IMG/VR virus record: IMGVR_UViG_3300009184_000044
Location: 4,394 to 68,393 of that record
Strand: one strand, 5' to 3'
Length of the DNA: 64,000 nucleotides
From: a virus
Below are positions 30,439 through 39,872 of the stretch, piece by piece; within the stretch, counting starts at the first letter, position 1; the number at the start of each line of letters is the position of its first letter. The notes beneath the pieces are model-generated. The model searched no databases and was not told where the DNA came from. It saw only the letters and a program-made list of their open reading frames with translations. The translations under genes were made by a program, and so were the position numbers.

Positions 30439-32251
30439 ATTTCTGCCCCCAATTCTCTAGTGGTCCATCTACATCAGCAGTAAGTGGCACTGCCCAACCA
30501 TCTGTCGTTGTCATACACTCACGAACAATTTTTTGAATTTCAGCAGCACTTTCGCGTGGCGCATTTAACACAATTTCATCGTGCACTGGAACGATTAGGT
30601 ATTCAGTCAAATCTGCTTGGTCTAGTTTTACTAAGTTTGATTTGAAAACTTCAGCTGCTCCACCTTGAATCAGATAGTTCACAAGAGTATATACGCGGTC
30701 TTCATCACAAGGAAGTCTACGACCAGTCCAAGTATTTACATAGCCTTGACCCTCAGCACGAAGACGACGCATACCAACATCTTCAACTTGTTTTTGAAAT
30801 CCAATCATTCCCGGGAATCTGATATCAAACTCATTAGATACAGCACGCATCTGGTCTTCAGGAACACCAGCAGTCAAAGCCTGCTTAGACACACCTGCGC
30901 CATATAGGCGGCCATAAACTACACCCTTAATAAGGCCACGACGCTTGTCTGACTTTTGCATAGATGGGTCTTGATAAATCTCACGACCAATTTCGGTAAA
31001 CGGGTCGGAGCCAGTTGCATCAGCAAGGTTGAACAAGTTGATAAGGTTAGGGTCTTTAGACATAGACGCAAACATACGGAACTCGACTTGGTCTAGGTCT
31101 GAGGTAATAATTACATGGTCATCATCTTTAGGTAAAAATGCACGACGGACAGTGTCATCACCTTTAGGCAGTGTTTGCAGGGCAGGGTTCTGAATAGACA
31201 TACGACCGGTACGGGCACCAAGAGTTTTTACTGATGGGTGAACAAAACCATTGACGTTGTCATTGATGAAATTGGAGAAATAAGTGGATGCAAGTTTATC
31301 TGCCTTACGTTGTTTTAGAACTGTCTCAGCTAGCATCTTTACTTCAGGTGAGCCATCGCGAACAAGCATCTTTAGTTGGTCTGCTGATGCTGACTTATTT
31401 CCTGATGGAGTAGTTTCGGTAATCATTGCACCCATAGCCTCTAGCTGACGAACCAGCTGAGCATTACTAGTGATAGACATTCCGTTGTAGTTCTTTTTAC
31501 CCCACTCTTTTACCTGCTCGGTGTACTGCACAAGTTCGTCATACTTCTTTTTCGAATAGTCGAGGTCTAGACGGGCACCATTGAGTTCCATGCGAGTAAC
31601 GATGCGACGAGTATTCATTTCAAGTTCATAGGCTTGGCTGTAAGGCTTACCCGGACCGCACTTTTCCCAGAACTGCTCGAATAGTTTCATTGTAAGAACA
31701 GTGTCAAGAGCACCATAAGCCCAGTAGGGTTCAAAGTTGATTGGAACAGTCCCCCAAGTCCATCCATTTTTAGATAGAGATACATCAAGATTAGACTGCA
31801 AAGCAGCAGCACGCCCATCTACATAATCAGATGTAAGACGTTTTAGTGCACCAGAACCGAGTGGGTCAATTAGGTGCGCCATAATCATTGTGTCGTGAGC
31901 ACGGTCCCATGGCATTTTCCAACGCGACTGAACATCAAACCAACGAGCTTCAAAAGCGATATTGTGGCAAACTATCTGACCATCAAATTTATCCATTGAT
32001 TCATAAAAAACACCAGCCCATTCATTCCAAGGAATAGACCATCCAGTTTGACCATCGCCAACTTGTACAAGTCTTATTTGTCCGTGCCACGGGGATAATG
32101 CATCGTCACGCTTCCCCCCGGGAAGTTCTCCAGTTTCAATGTCTACAGCAATGGCATTGTGTGGACGTCTTTCGCTCAGCCATGAAATAAAATTTGATGC
32201 TTGTTGTGAACTATCAACTAGTTCTAACTTGACGTCGCCGAGTCCAGCCAT
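30431..32251 (-). CDS. polA: family A DNA polymerase (3'-5' exonuclease plus polymerase); likely start ATG 32251
   Basis: ExoI DIETG, HNIAFE, YGALD; RTGRMS, motif A DLDQVEFR, motif B KGVVYGRLYG, motif C VHDE. Confidence 0.95.
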   Translation of the reverse strand: MAGLGDVKLELVDSSQQASNFISWLSERRPHNAIAVDIETGELPGGKRDDALSPWHGQIRLVQVGDGQTGWSIPWNEWAGVFYESMDKFDGQIVCHNIAFEARWFDVQSRWKMPWDRAHDTMIMAHLIDPLGSGALKRLTSDYVDGRAAALQSNLDVSLSKNGWTWGTVPINFEPYWAYGALDTVLTMKLFEQFWEKCGPGKPYSQAYELEMNTRRIVTRMELNGARLDLDYSKKKYDELVQYTEQVKEWGKKNYNGMSITSNAQLVRQLEAMGAMITETTPSGNKSASADQLKMLVRDGSPEVKMLAETVLKQRKADKLASTYFSNFINDNVNGFVHPSVKTLGARTGRMSIQNPALQTLPKGDDTVRRAFLPKDDDHVIITSDLDQVEFRMFASMSKDPNLINLFNLADATGSDPFTEIGREIYQDPSMQKSDKRRGLIKGVVYGRLYGAGVSKQALTAGVPEDQMRAVSNEFDIRFPGMIGFQKQVEDVGMRRLRAEGQGYVNTWTGRRLPCDEDRVYTLVNYLIQGGAAEVFKSNLVKLDQADLTEYLIVPVHDEIVLNAPRESAAEIQKIVRECMTTTDGWAVPLTADVDGPLENWGQKYA

Positions 32252-32311
32252 ATTTGTGTCCTTAAATGTCTTTGTGTATATGTTATACCCTAGGGGTACA
32301 TAATGCAAGTC

Positions 32312-32782
32312 TTACGGAATAATCTCTATCTTGTAAATGGTAGCAATTTTTTCATCAGACTTTGATGCCTCTTCTAGAAGACGCTGAGCTACGTTTGTTA
32401 AATAGCGAGCACCACCGTCATCATATTTATAAAGAGCATCTAGGACTGCAGTTGGTTCATCACTAACCTGAGCCCAATAGCGATTCTTTTCAGGGAATAC
32501 TAGTTCAGCTTCTTGAGTTGGATAGCACTCTTCGCATGAGATAGCTTGTTCCGAGACATTGTTTACTGAAATTTCTTGAAGTCCATAGCGTTTAACTAGC
32601 GGGCAAGCCGCACCATGAAATACTAAAGAAACTCCAATTCTAGAAAGAATATACGAGCCACTCTCTGTTCTGTACAGTTTAAATTCAATCCATCGAGTAG
32701 CCCCTCTTTTGAATGAAGAGGATTCTCCTAGTAGGGAGCCATCGAACTGTAAAGTTCTGGCTCCATCCCTAACCTCAATCAT
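32312..32782 (-). CDS. hypothetical protein
   Basis: 156-aa ORF coupled to the upstream gene. Confidence 0.65.
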   Translation of the reverse strand: MIEVRDGARTLQFDGSLLGESSSFKRGATRWIEFKLYRTESGSYILSRIGVSLVFHGAACPLVKRYGLQEISVNNVSEQAISCEECYPTQEAELVFPEKNRYWAQVSDEPTAVLDALYKYDDGGARYLTNVAQRLLEEASKSDEKIATIYKIEIIP

Positions 32783-33027
32783 TATTTATCAATAGCAGTT
32801 TTTGCTTTTGCTGAATCTACTAAAGCAAGTTTTTCTTCTAGCTCAACAACTTTAGCTTCTAGGTCAGCGTTACGCTTACGTTCAAAGGTTACTAATGCTT
32901 CAAGCTCAGTTGTAGCATTCATTGCTCTACCTAGCTGGTCGCGAGTCAAAGATAGTACGTTATTTACATACTCTAGCTCAGGATTTGGGGTTGGGGTTGT
33001 GGTTGGGGTTGATGCGTCTTGAGACAT
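32782..33027 (-). CDS. hypothetical coiled-coil protein
   Basis: 81 aa with a heptad pattern; SD aggaaag and upstream -10 TACAAT. Confidence 0.6.
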   Translation of the reverse strand: MSQDASTPTTTPTPNPELEYVNNVLSLTRDQLGRAMNATTELEALVTFERKRNADLEAKVVELEEKLALVDSAKAKTAIDK

Positions 33028-33082
33028 ATTGTCTTTCCTAACTTGTCGTGTGGGGCATTACATATCTATTGTATAGCTGTTT

Positions 33083-34279
33083 TTATAGTCTTACTGGGAT
33101 GACCGATAAGAATTCTCTAGGTGAGTAGTCTCCACCTAAAACCATGGTTAGTAGGCCGGGCTTTGACTCTAGGCCAGCAATATCTCTGAACCACTCTGAG
33201 CCGGGGTCTGTGGTCGGGGCTTGTACCCAAAGGCGATGCCCGATATCCATACATTTGAAATTGTGAAAATGCCCTGAAATCCAAACATCTGCATTACCTA
33301 ATGCTGTCTGTCCAGCAGATTGCCCAGATAAATACTTTAAAGCATCTCTAGATTGATGTCCGTGAAATAACCCGAGCATAGTTCCGCAAATATCTACAGT
33401 TAGGGTTTGATGCCCAGATGCTGGGTACCTAAACTCTATGTGTTGCAATGCAGGGTTTTCTGCACAAGCATCTTGAACTGCTGATGCAATTTCCACGTTC
33501 CAACCATCGGCTGGGTCTGCTGCAACTTGACGAGTAACTTCATCATGGTTTCCATTTACTACTGGAATAATCATGCGTTCTGCTAATGGGGCCAAAGATT
33601 TAATTTGAGCCATAAGTAAACGACGTGCAACACGCACTTGCTCAGTTAGGCCTAGGTCGGAGGCTGCTTGACCTTGCAAACGTCCATTCTGACTTGTAAG
33701 ACCTTCAACATGGTCTCCTGGAAGTGCAAGAGTAATTGTTCCTAGATTTAGACCAAGTTTTTTATATCTGTTATAGCGGTCTACTGCTGCTTCAGTTAGG
33801 TGGAGGATGCGGTCTATTGACTGCTGTGTACCCTGACCATTTGCTTTTTTACCAATTTGCTGGTCGCTAGGTGCAATTAAAAATGAACCATTTCCAGTTG
33901 ATTGTTTGATACCTTTTTCTGGACGCCACTTACGGACTTCATCAATAAGTTTTTCAGCATCTAATCTGTCAACTAAAGATGTCCCAACTGGAAGTAAATT
34001 TACACGGACGGACTCTAGCCACTCACCGTGATAAGTCTGCCATTTACCTCTACGCATAGAAGTAACTGTCCAATCATTTGGATTCAATTCAAATTCTTGA
34101 AGAATAGTTTTAGCGTCAGGAATCTCTGCTGATGGGCGAGGCTTAGAGATTACAAACCCACCTCTTGAATCATCAACGTCCATACGAGGACGCCAGTCCT
34201 CAGGTGTATTTAACGCTTTAATATCAGAACCAGTTCGTCCTGGTTCAACTAGTTTTTTTAATTTGTCGTCTAGGCTCAT
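33083..34279 (-). CDS. calcineurin-like metallophosphoesterase (Mre11/SbcD-like)
   Basis: SDQQIG, GDHVEG, GNHDE, HGH and GHFH motifs. Confidence 0.85.
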   Translation of the reverse strand: MSLDDKLKKLVEPGRTGSDIKALNTPEDWRPRMDVDDSRGGFVISKPRPSAEIPDAKTILQEFELNPNDWTVTSMRRGKWQTYHGEWLESVRVNLLPVGTSLVDRLDAEKLIDEVRKWRPEKGIKQSTGNGSFLIAPSDQQIGKKANGQGTQQSIDRILHLTEAAVDRYNRYKKLGLNLGTITLALPGDHVEGLTSQNGRLQGQAASDLGLTEQVRVARRLLMAQIKSLAPLAERMIIPVVNGNHDEVTRQVAADPADGWNVEIASAVQDACAENPALQHIEFRYPASGHQTLTVDICGTMLGLFHGHQSRDALKYLSGQSAGQTALGNADVWISGHFHNFKCMDIGHRLWVQAPTTDPGSEWFRDIAGLESKPGLLTMVLGGDYSPREFLSVIPVRL

Positions 34280-34545
34280 TGCTGAGTTTTTCTAGCACAG
34301 GGGCATGATTCTGAACGATGTCTATCAATCGAGCTTTTTGAGATATCAAATCCTTCTTCACGAAAAATCTTATATAATTCTCCACTAGAGATACGCCCCG
34401 GAAAATCAAGGGAAACGTTCAAAATTGATTCCAATTGTGTTTTTTCTTCTTTAGTGATTTTATCGCTAATTAGAAGAAGTCCAACTTTACAAACAGTTGT
34501 TGCCGCTTGAACGCTTGCTGCTTTTAGTCTGGTAGATAGAGACAT
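34276..34545 (-). CDS. small putative DNA-binding protein coupled to the phosphoesterase
   Basis: HTH-like ISSGELYKIFREEGFDISKSSIDRHR with terminal C.C. ATGA overlap; SD before ATG 34545. Confidence 0.55.
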   Translation of the reverse strand: MSLSTRLKAASVQAATTVCKVGLLLISDKITKEEKTQLESILNVSLDFPGRISSGELYKIFREEGFDISKSSIDRHRSESCPCARKTQQ

Positions 34546-34618
34546 ACTATTCCTTTCGTACTTTGTAAATGTCATTTAGATTCTACTACAAACCTTAAAG
34601 GGTTTGTCTAGTGTTTTG

Positions 34619-34969
34619 CTAACTTGCTTTTCGGCGTGTCCTTTTTACTTTAATGTCTACTGGAGTGGGGGTTTCAGTATATCCTGGATTTGATGATAGT
34701 AAGAGTTGCTTAATAAATTTGACTTCTACTGATGTTTCTTTTGCCGAATCGGATGTTTGGTGGACTTGGTCGGCAAGTGAGCTTCCGCCATTTGGCCAAA
34801 GCTGATGCTCGACTCGGTCTAGTCTTTCTGAGATAGTTCTACCTTTTGCATCTAAACCAATAGAGTCATTGATTTTTCGTACTAGTCTATATGTTGCAAC
34901 AATTCCACCAATAATTACACCAATTGCGGTGATTGTTGCTGAGACTGTAAGAATAGTGTCCATTGGCAT
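34619..34969 (-). CDS. single-TM membrane protein (NGGSSL.D family)
   Basis: N-terminal TM helix then LWPNGGSSLADQV, a motif common in actinophage membrane proteins. Confidence 0.6.
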   Translation of the reverse strand: MPMDTILTVSATITAIGVIIGGIVATYRLVRKINDSIGLDAKGRTISERLDRVEHQLWPNGGSSLADQVHQTSDSAKETSVEVKFIKQLLLSSNPGYTETPTPVDIKVKRTRRKAS

Positions 34970-35206
34970 GAGTTATACTGATATTCCTAGTAGATGCGGT
35001 TAGTTTCGTTTCTACAATTTTACCCTATTTGGGTCGCCCTGATTCGGCAGGTTGTTAGGTCAGCCACTTTCGGTCAGTAGTGCTTTTTGCACTTTTTAAA
35101 AATTAAGCCATTTAGTGCTTGCAACTGACTGCTCTTCGTGTATCATGTTGTAAGCAGACACGGGAGAAATTATGAATTTATACAAAGACACAGAGGTTCG
35201 ATAGTC

Positions 35207-37828
35207 ATGTCATCATGGGAATCAGCAAGTAACGGCCGCCTGAAAAAAGGTGCCGAATGGTATGCCAAAAACGATTGGAAAATTCTTCCTGTTCATGGTA
35301 TTGATGACGGTGGTCGCTGCACTTGCAATAGTCAGCATGGCGACTCTAAAGATATTGGTAAACACCCAGCTATAGGTGAGTGGAATGTAAACGCTACTAA
35401 TGAAATACATAGCATTGATGCGTGGTGGGATAAAAACTCTAATTACAATGTTGGTGTTTTTTGTGCCCCGTCTGGATTCTTTGTAATTGATATTGACCCT
35501 CGCTCTGGTGGGACTGATAGTTTTGACGAGTTTGAGCGTTTAGTTGAGGGAGCACTCCCTCCTACTGTTGAAGCTATTACTGGTGAATACAGCATTGCTG
35601 GAAAAATTGTTCGTGGTCGCCACCTCTACTACAAAGCAGATTCTGAAGAACAGTTAGTTGGAAATCTTTTAAAAGCTGGTCTAAAAGGTATTGATATCAA
35701 GCACAATGGTTATGTTCTTGTTGCTCCATCACGCCACTTCTCTGGCACTACATATGACTGGGCTCCTGGTAAGGCTCCTTGGGAAATCGAGATGGCGCAG
35801 GCACCAGAAGAACTCTTAGGATTTTTACGAAAGAATAAGCGTACATCTACTAGCTATTCCGAAGGTACTTGGGACTGGATGGGTGGTCTTGAGGTCTCTG
35901 GTGAGAAAGTTGATATTGAAGGTCTTCTTGAGAATGGTATTGATGAAGGTTCTCGTGCAGTAGAAATTTATCGTCTTGCTTGTGCACTTGCAAATAAGTT
36001 TGGAACTACTCCAGATGCTCGCATGATGATTGAGACAATGATGATTCGTTTCAATCACGAGAAAGTTCGCCCTCCTATGGAGTTAGAGGGTCCAAACTCC
36101 CTACTAATGCATACTCGTCGTGCAATTGATTTTATTGCTAGTACTCCAAAAACTGAACGTATCTGGCCAGGATTGAATGGTTGGGAGCAAGGTAAGAAGT
36201 GGGCAGAGCAGTCGCAGGCTGAGAGTAATGCTTTAATTGCTGCAAGTTCTTCTGATGACCCTCACTCTGCACCAGTTGCTAATGCTGTTGGTGCTGCTGT
36301 TACTCGTATGGTTTCTGATGGAATGTCTGCTCGTGGAGCAGCTAGCGGTGGCAACATAGATGTTCCTGATGACCCTGATGCTATTGACGCAGAGGATGGT
36401 GGTACTCCAGGATTTCGTACACTTACCGATGTTGGTAATGGTCGTCGTCTAATTGACACCTATGGCTCTGCTGTTCGCTATACTCCCGGGCTTGGTTGGT
36501 TTCACTGGGACGGTCAATACTGGAAACCAGATGTTGAAGAACTCGAAATTAGTGAACTTGCAAAACGTATCTCTCCAATTATTGCTAGTGAAGTTTCCAA
36601 CTACGATGATGGTGCTCAGCAGAAAAAGCAGGATATTGTCAAGTGGGCACAGCAGGCAAAATCAAATAGTCGTCTTGTAAATATGGTCAAGAGTGCCAAC
36701 TCCGATACTCGTATTGTTGTTGGCGTAAAGCAGTGGGATGGGGATTCCAACATGCTTGGTGTCTCTAATGGTGTCATTGACTTGCGTACTGGTGAACTAC
36801 TTCGTGGTAGACCGGACTTATATATCACGCGTCGTGCTCCAGTTGCCTACACTCCAGGACTTCGTAATGTTCGTTGGGAGCAATTTATTGATTTTGCTAC
36901 TGGTGGAGATAAAGAACTTCAGGACTGGCTACAGCGCGCAGTTGGATATACGCTGAGTGGATTTAAGACTCAGGATATTATGTTCTTAGTTTATGGTCCT
37001 CCGGGTTCCGGTAAAAACACGTTTGTTGAAACTATTGTTAAAGCTCTTGGAACTCAGGAGTATGCATGGCCTCTTGACTCAAGCGTACTTGCTCAAGGAG
37101 ATGGTCGTGCTAATCAGTCTGACCAGTACCACTGGGCTGAGTTGCGTGGTCGTCGTATGATTTGGGTTGACGAGTTGCCTGAAACAGAACGTCTAAAAGA
37201 AAACTCAGTAAAAAAGTTGACTGGTTCATCTGAAATTTCAGCACGTTCTCCTGGTGAAAAACCGTTCACATTCGAGGCTCAGGGTAAGTTGTGGGTTACT
37301 ACAAACCACAGACCTATTATTTCCGATGACGCTATGTGGCGTCGTCTGCGTCCTATTCCTCTAACTAATGTCCCTCAAAACCCTAACCCAGATTTGAAGG
37401 CTTACCTACATGACCCTGATGGCGGACTACCTGCTGTCCTTTCATGGGCTGTTGAAGGTGCTGTAAAGTATTTAAACTCTAGCGAGAGAGACCCTCTTGG
37501 CTGGTGTTCTGCTGTTCGTGAAGCTGCTGAAATCTATCGTAAGAATGAAGACCGTATTGGTCTATTCTTAGATGAAGAAACAAAGCAGTCTGAGGGGACT
37601 TCTCTTACTGTTAAGGCTTTGTATGGTGTATACCGTCTATGGAGTGATGACCGTGGTGAACGTCCTATGTCTCAAATTGCATTCCATCGTAAACTTGCTG
37701 ACCGTGGGCTATCTGTTGAAGGCCAGGGCTCTAGAGCAGAAATTTTAGGAATGATGTTACTACCTAAAGCTGTTGTCAATACTGGGGTTGATTGGAGTAC
37801 TGCTACTAGATTCGCTAAGAACTTTTAG
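35207..37828 (+). CDS. bifunctional primase-polymerase fused to a D5/SF3 helicase (likely start ATG 35207)
   Basis: Prim-pol motifs GKHP, IDIDPRSGG, HLYY, GYVLVAPS; D5 motifs TDVGNGRR, GPPGSGKNT, TNHRP, AMWRR. Confidence 0.9.
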   Translation: MSSWESASNGRLKKGAEWYAKNDWKILPVHGIDDGGRCTCNSQHGDSKDIGKHPAIGEWNVNATNEIHSIDAWWDKNSNYNVGVFCAPSGFFVIDIDPRSGGTDSFDEFERLVEGALPPTVEAITGEYSIAGKIVRGRHLYYKADSEEQLVGNLLKAGLKGIDIKHNGYVLVAPSRHFSGTTYDWAPGKAPWEIEMAQAPEELLGFLRKNKRTSTSYSEGTWDWMGGLEVSGEKVDIEGLLENGIDEGSRAVEIYRLACALANKFGTTPDARMMIETMMIRFNHEKVRPPMELEGPNSLLMHTRRAIDFIASTPKTERIWPGLNGWEQGKKWAEQSQAESNALIAASSSDDPHSAPVANAVGAAVTRMVSDGMSARGAASGGNIDVPDDPDAIDAEDGGTPGFRTLTDVGNGRRLIDTYGSAVRYTPGLGWFHWDGQYWKPDVEELEISELAKRISPIIASEVSNYDDGAQQKKQDIVKWAQQAKSNSRLVNMVKSANSDTRIVVGVKQWDGDSNMLGVSNGVIDLRTGELLRGRPDLYITRRAPVAYTPGLRNVRWEQFIDFATGGDKELQDWLQRAVGYTLSGFKTQDIMFLVYGPPGSGKNTFVETIVKALGTQEYAWPLDSSVLAQGDGRANQSDQYHWAELRGRRMIWVDELPETERLKENSVKKLTGSSEISARSPGEKPFTFEAQGKLWVTTNHRPIISDDAMWRRLRPIPLTNVPQNPNPDLKAYLHDPDGGLPAVLSWAVEGAVKYLNSSERDPLGWCSAVREAAEIYRKNEDRIGLFLDEETKQSEGTSLTVKALYGVYRLWSDDRGERPMSQIAFHRKLADRGLSVEGQGSRAEILGMMLLPKAVVNTGVDWSTATRFAKNF

Positions 37829-37900
37829 TAGTGTGTTAGGATGTTTATATCACTTATAGTGATGTAAGATATAAATGTGCTGCTCGGGAGAGAGGTACAG

Positions 37901-37929
37901 CGGGGGTTGAGAGAGATACTCAGCCCCCG
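37901..37929 (+). promoter_or_regulatory. 11-bp hairpin in the 5' leader of the glycosyltransferase gene
   Basis: cgggggttgag-agagata-ctcagcccccg. Confidence 0.45.
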
Positions 37930-37953
37930 TACACTTAAAGAAAAAAGGTCATA

Positions 37954-38724
37954 ATGAAAGTTTTTATTGCAACCCCAATGTACGGTGGCATGGCAAAGAG
38001 CGTCTATATTGCAGGTCTTTCTGATTTGATTAAAGAGCTTTCTGCCAGAGGGCACAGCGTTTCTCATACATCTATTACAAACGAAAGTCTAATAACTCGT
38101 GCAAGAAGCACTCTTGCAAATGAATTTATGAAGACCGATTTTGATGCTTTGCTTTTTATTGATGCAGACCATGGTTTTTCTGCAGAAGACGTTGTAGCAA
38201 TGGTTGAGTCTGGTAAAGATTTAATTGGTGCTCCGTACCCTATGAAGGCAATTAACTGGGAAAATGTGCGAAAAGCAGCTCTTGCTGGTAAAGAGAATCT
38301 AGAAATATACTCCGGTCTTTTTGCTATTAACTTTTTAGATGAAGAGCAAACTTTTAAAGCCAACGAGCCTTTTAAAGTAAAAGATGTTGGCACCGGTATG
38401 ATGTTTATTCGTCGAAATGTTTTTGAAAAGATGAAAGAAGTTTGTAGCGCATATAAATACAACACTATTGGCGATAATATACCTTTTGGTCAGGATATGA
38501 TTGAGTATTTTAAGACTATGATTACCCCAGAGCCTGAGAGCATATTGCTATCTGAGGATTATGCTTTCTGCCACATTTGGCGTGAGCTTGGGGGAGAAGT
38601 TTGGGCGGCCCCGTGGGTTCGTATTTCTCACGCGGGAGAATACAACTTTACTGGAATGCTTCTTGCGACTTTAGAAATTAATCAGGTTGATTCTGTAGAA
38701 GAACCTAAAAAGAAGAAAAAATAG
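37954..38724 (+). CDS. GT-A fold glycosyltransferase-like protein
   Basis: FIATPMYGG, SLITRARSTL, LLFIDAD (DxD), GTGMMFIRR and LSEDYAFC motifs. Confidence 0.8.
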   Translation: MKVFIATPMYGGMAKSVYIAGLSDLIKELSARGHSVSHTSITNESLITRARSTLANEFMKTDFDALLFIDADHGFSAEDVVAMVESGKDLIGAPYPMKAINWENVRKAALAGKENLEIYSGLFAINFLDEEQTFKANEPFKVKDVGTGMMFIRRNVFEKMKEVCSAYKYNTIGDNIPFGQDMIEYFKTMITPEPESILLSEDYAFCHIWRELGGEVWAAPWVRISHAGEYNFTGMLLATLEINQVDSVEEPKKKKK

Positions 38725-38798
38725 TAAAATCTTTCTGCCGTCAATGCCGTCAAAGTGTGAGATAATTAAGACATAACTTCACCGCCAGAAATGGAATT

Positions 38799-38960
38799 AT
38801 GTCTGAAATTCCTAAAAATAAGTCCAATGTATGCTATGTTTGCAAAGAACGTTTTGTAGTAGATATTTTAGCTCGTTGCTGTGAAATGAAGCATGAAGGT
38901 ATTGTCTTTGAGAGACGTCCTGAGCAGGAACCTGGACCTAAACATAAACCTAAACTTTAA
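38799..38960 (+). CDS. small zinc-finger-like protein (53 aa, not in the ORF track)
   Basis: MSEIPKNKSNVCYVCKERFVVDILARCCEMKH..., a CxxC-x12-CxxxH pattern. Confidence 0.55.
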   Translation: MSEIPKNKSNVCYVCKERFVVDILARCCEMKHEGIVFERRPEQEPGPKHKPKL

Positions 38961-39129
38961 CAGCCTTTTTCCAAAGTTTTTCAAATACCCAGTAAGTAAA
39001 GATTTTAAACAAAACCTCTAGCCCTACAATCTGAGCGGCAGTTTCAAACTTATGAGTGACAGTTAAGGCAATTAAAAAAGTTATTAGACTCTGCCAAACT
39101 CTGTAAATTATAGATTTTAGTAAAATCAT
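38950..39129 (-). CDS. DUF2061-like two-TM membrane protein (59 aa, not in the ORF track)
   Basis: MILLKSIIYRVWQSLITFLIALTVTHKFETAAQIVGLEVLFKIFTYWVFEKLW matches the KS.sWR...EV..K...Y..hEr.W pattern. ATGA-coupled to the APS kinase gene. Confidence 0.7.
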   Translation of the reverse strand: MILLKSIIYRVWQSLITFLIALTVTHKFETAAQIVGLEVLFKIFTYWVFEKLWKKAVKV

Positions 39130-39872
39130 AGTCCTAATTCTGCACGCTTTTTAGTTGCCGAGATAGCCTGAAGTTCTGGACTTAGTTCTATCTTTTCAAT
39201 TAAATAGCCAACGTCACGCCCATAAACGATGTTTGTGATGTTTGGCAAACGCATCTTTAGAGTGTCTGGCTGTTCTGGAATGAACTCAACTACTTGGTGA
39301 AAAGTTAGAGGGTCTTTCTCCGAGGTGTCGTGAGTGTTACGGATGCCGATAAGAACTTGCTTGGTTCTGTTATGTGCTTCTTCTTTTAGGGCTTGATGAC
39401 CTTCATGCCATGGTTGATAGCGACCTAGCATTAGTGTTGTTGGAGCAGACCAGTCAAATAAGCCAAACTTACTAATTACCTCGTCGGCCATCTCTTTATC
39501 TGACTTCCATTCGTAAAAAGTGTGGTCAGCATCAATTACAGGAATCCACATAGCGTCGGTGTCAGCAAAACGACTAGAAGCAATAGTGTTCATTACAATT
39601 TTGATGTTTGGGATACCAAAGGCTTTACGAGTCGCTTTGGTCGGACAGATGAAATCAACAATAACGGTATGACCTTGCTTAGATAGCAATCTAGCCATTT
39701 CACCTAGGCGACGAGCATTTTCTGCTCTGTCCTTTTCGCTAAAGCCAAGGTCAGAGTTTAGAGTGGAGCGGACCTCGTCTGCATTGAGGTGAATAGCGTT
39801 TAGACGCTCTTTTAGAGCTTCAGCTAGAGTTGTTTTACCTGAGCCTGGTAGTCCTAGGATTTGAATAATCAT
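39126..39872 (-). CDS. cysC: adenylylsulfate (APS) kinase fused to a HIGH-type nucleotidyltransferase domain
   Basis: GLPGSGKTT, LNADEVR..L..DLGFS..DR.EN.RR and VIVDFICP; C-terminal GRYQPWHEGH and ISATKKR. Confidence 0.8.
   Translation of the reverse strand: MIIQILGLPGSGKTTLAEALKERLNAIHLNADEVRSTLNSDLGFSEKDRAENARRLGEMARLLSKQGHTVIVDFICPTKATRKAFGIPNIKIVMNTIASSRFADTDAMWIPVIDADHTFYEWKSDKEMADEVISKFGLFDWSAPTTLMLGRYQPWHEGHQALKEEAHNRTKQVLIGIRNTHDTSEKDPLTFHQVVEFIPEQPDTLKMRLPNITNIVYGRDVGYLIEKIELSPELQAISATKKRAELGL

Noticed and set aside
34970-35206. Replication origin with iterons before the primase gene
   Set aside because: Only weak ggtcag-like repeats. The region is explained by divergent promoters (TTGCAA-17-TATCAT on plus, TAAAAT on minus).
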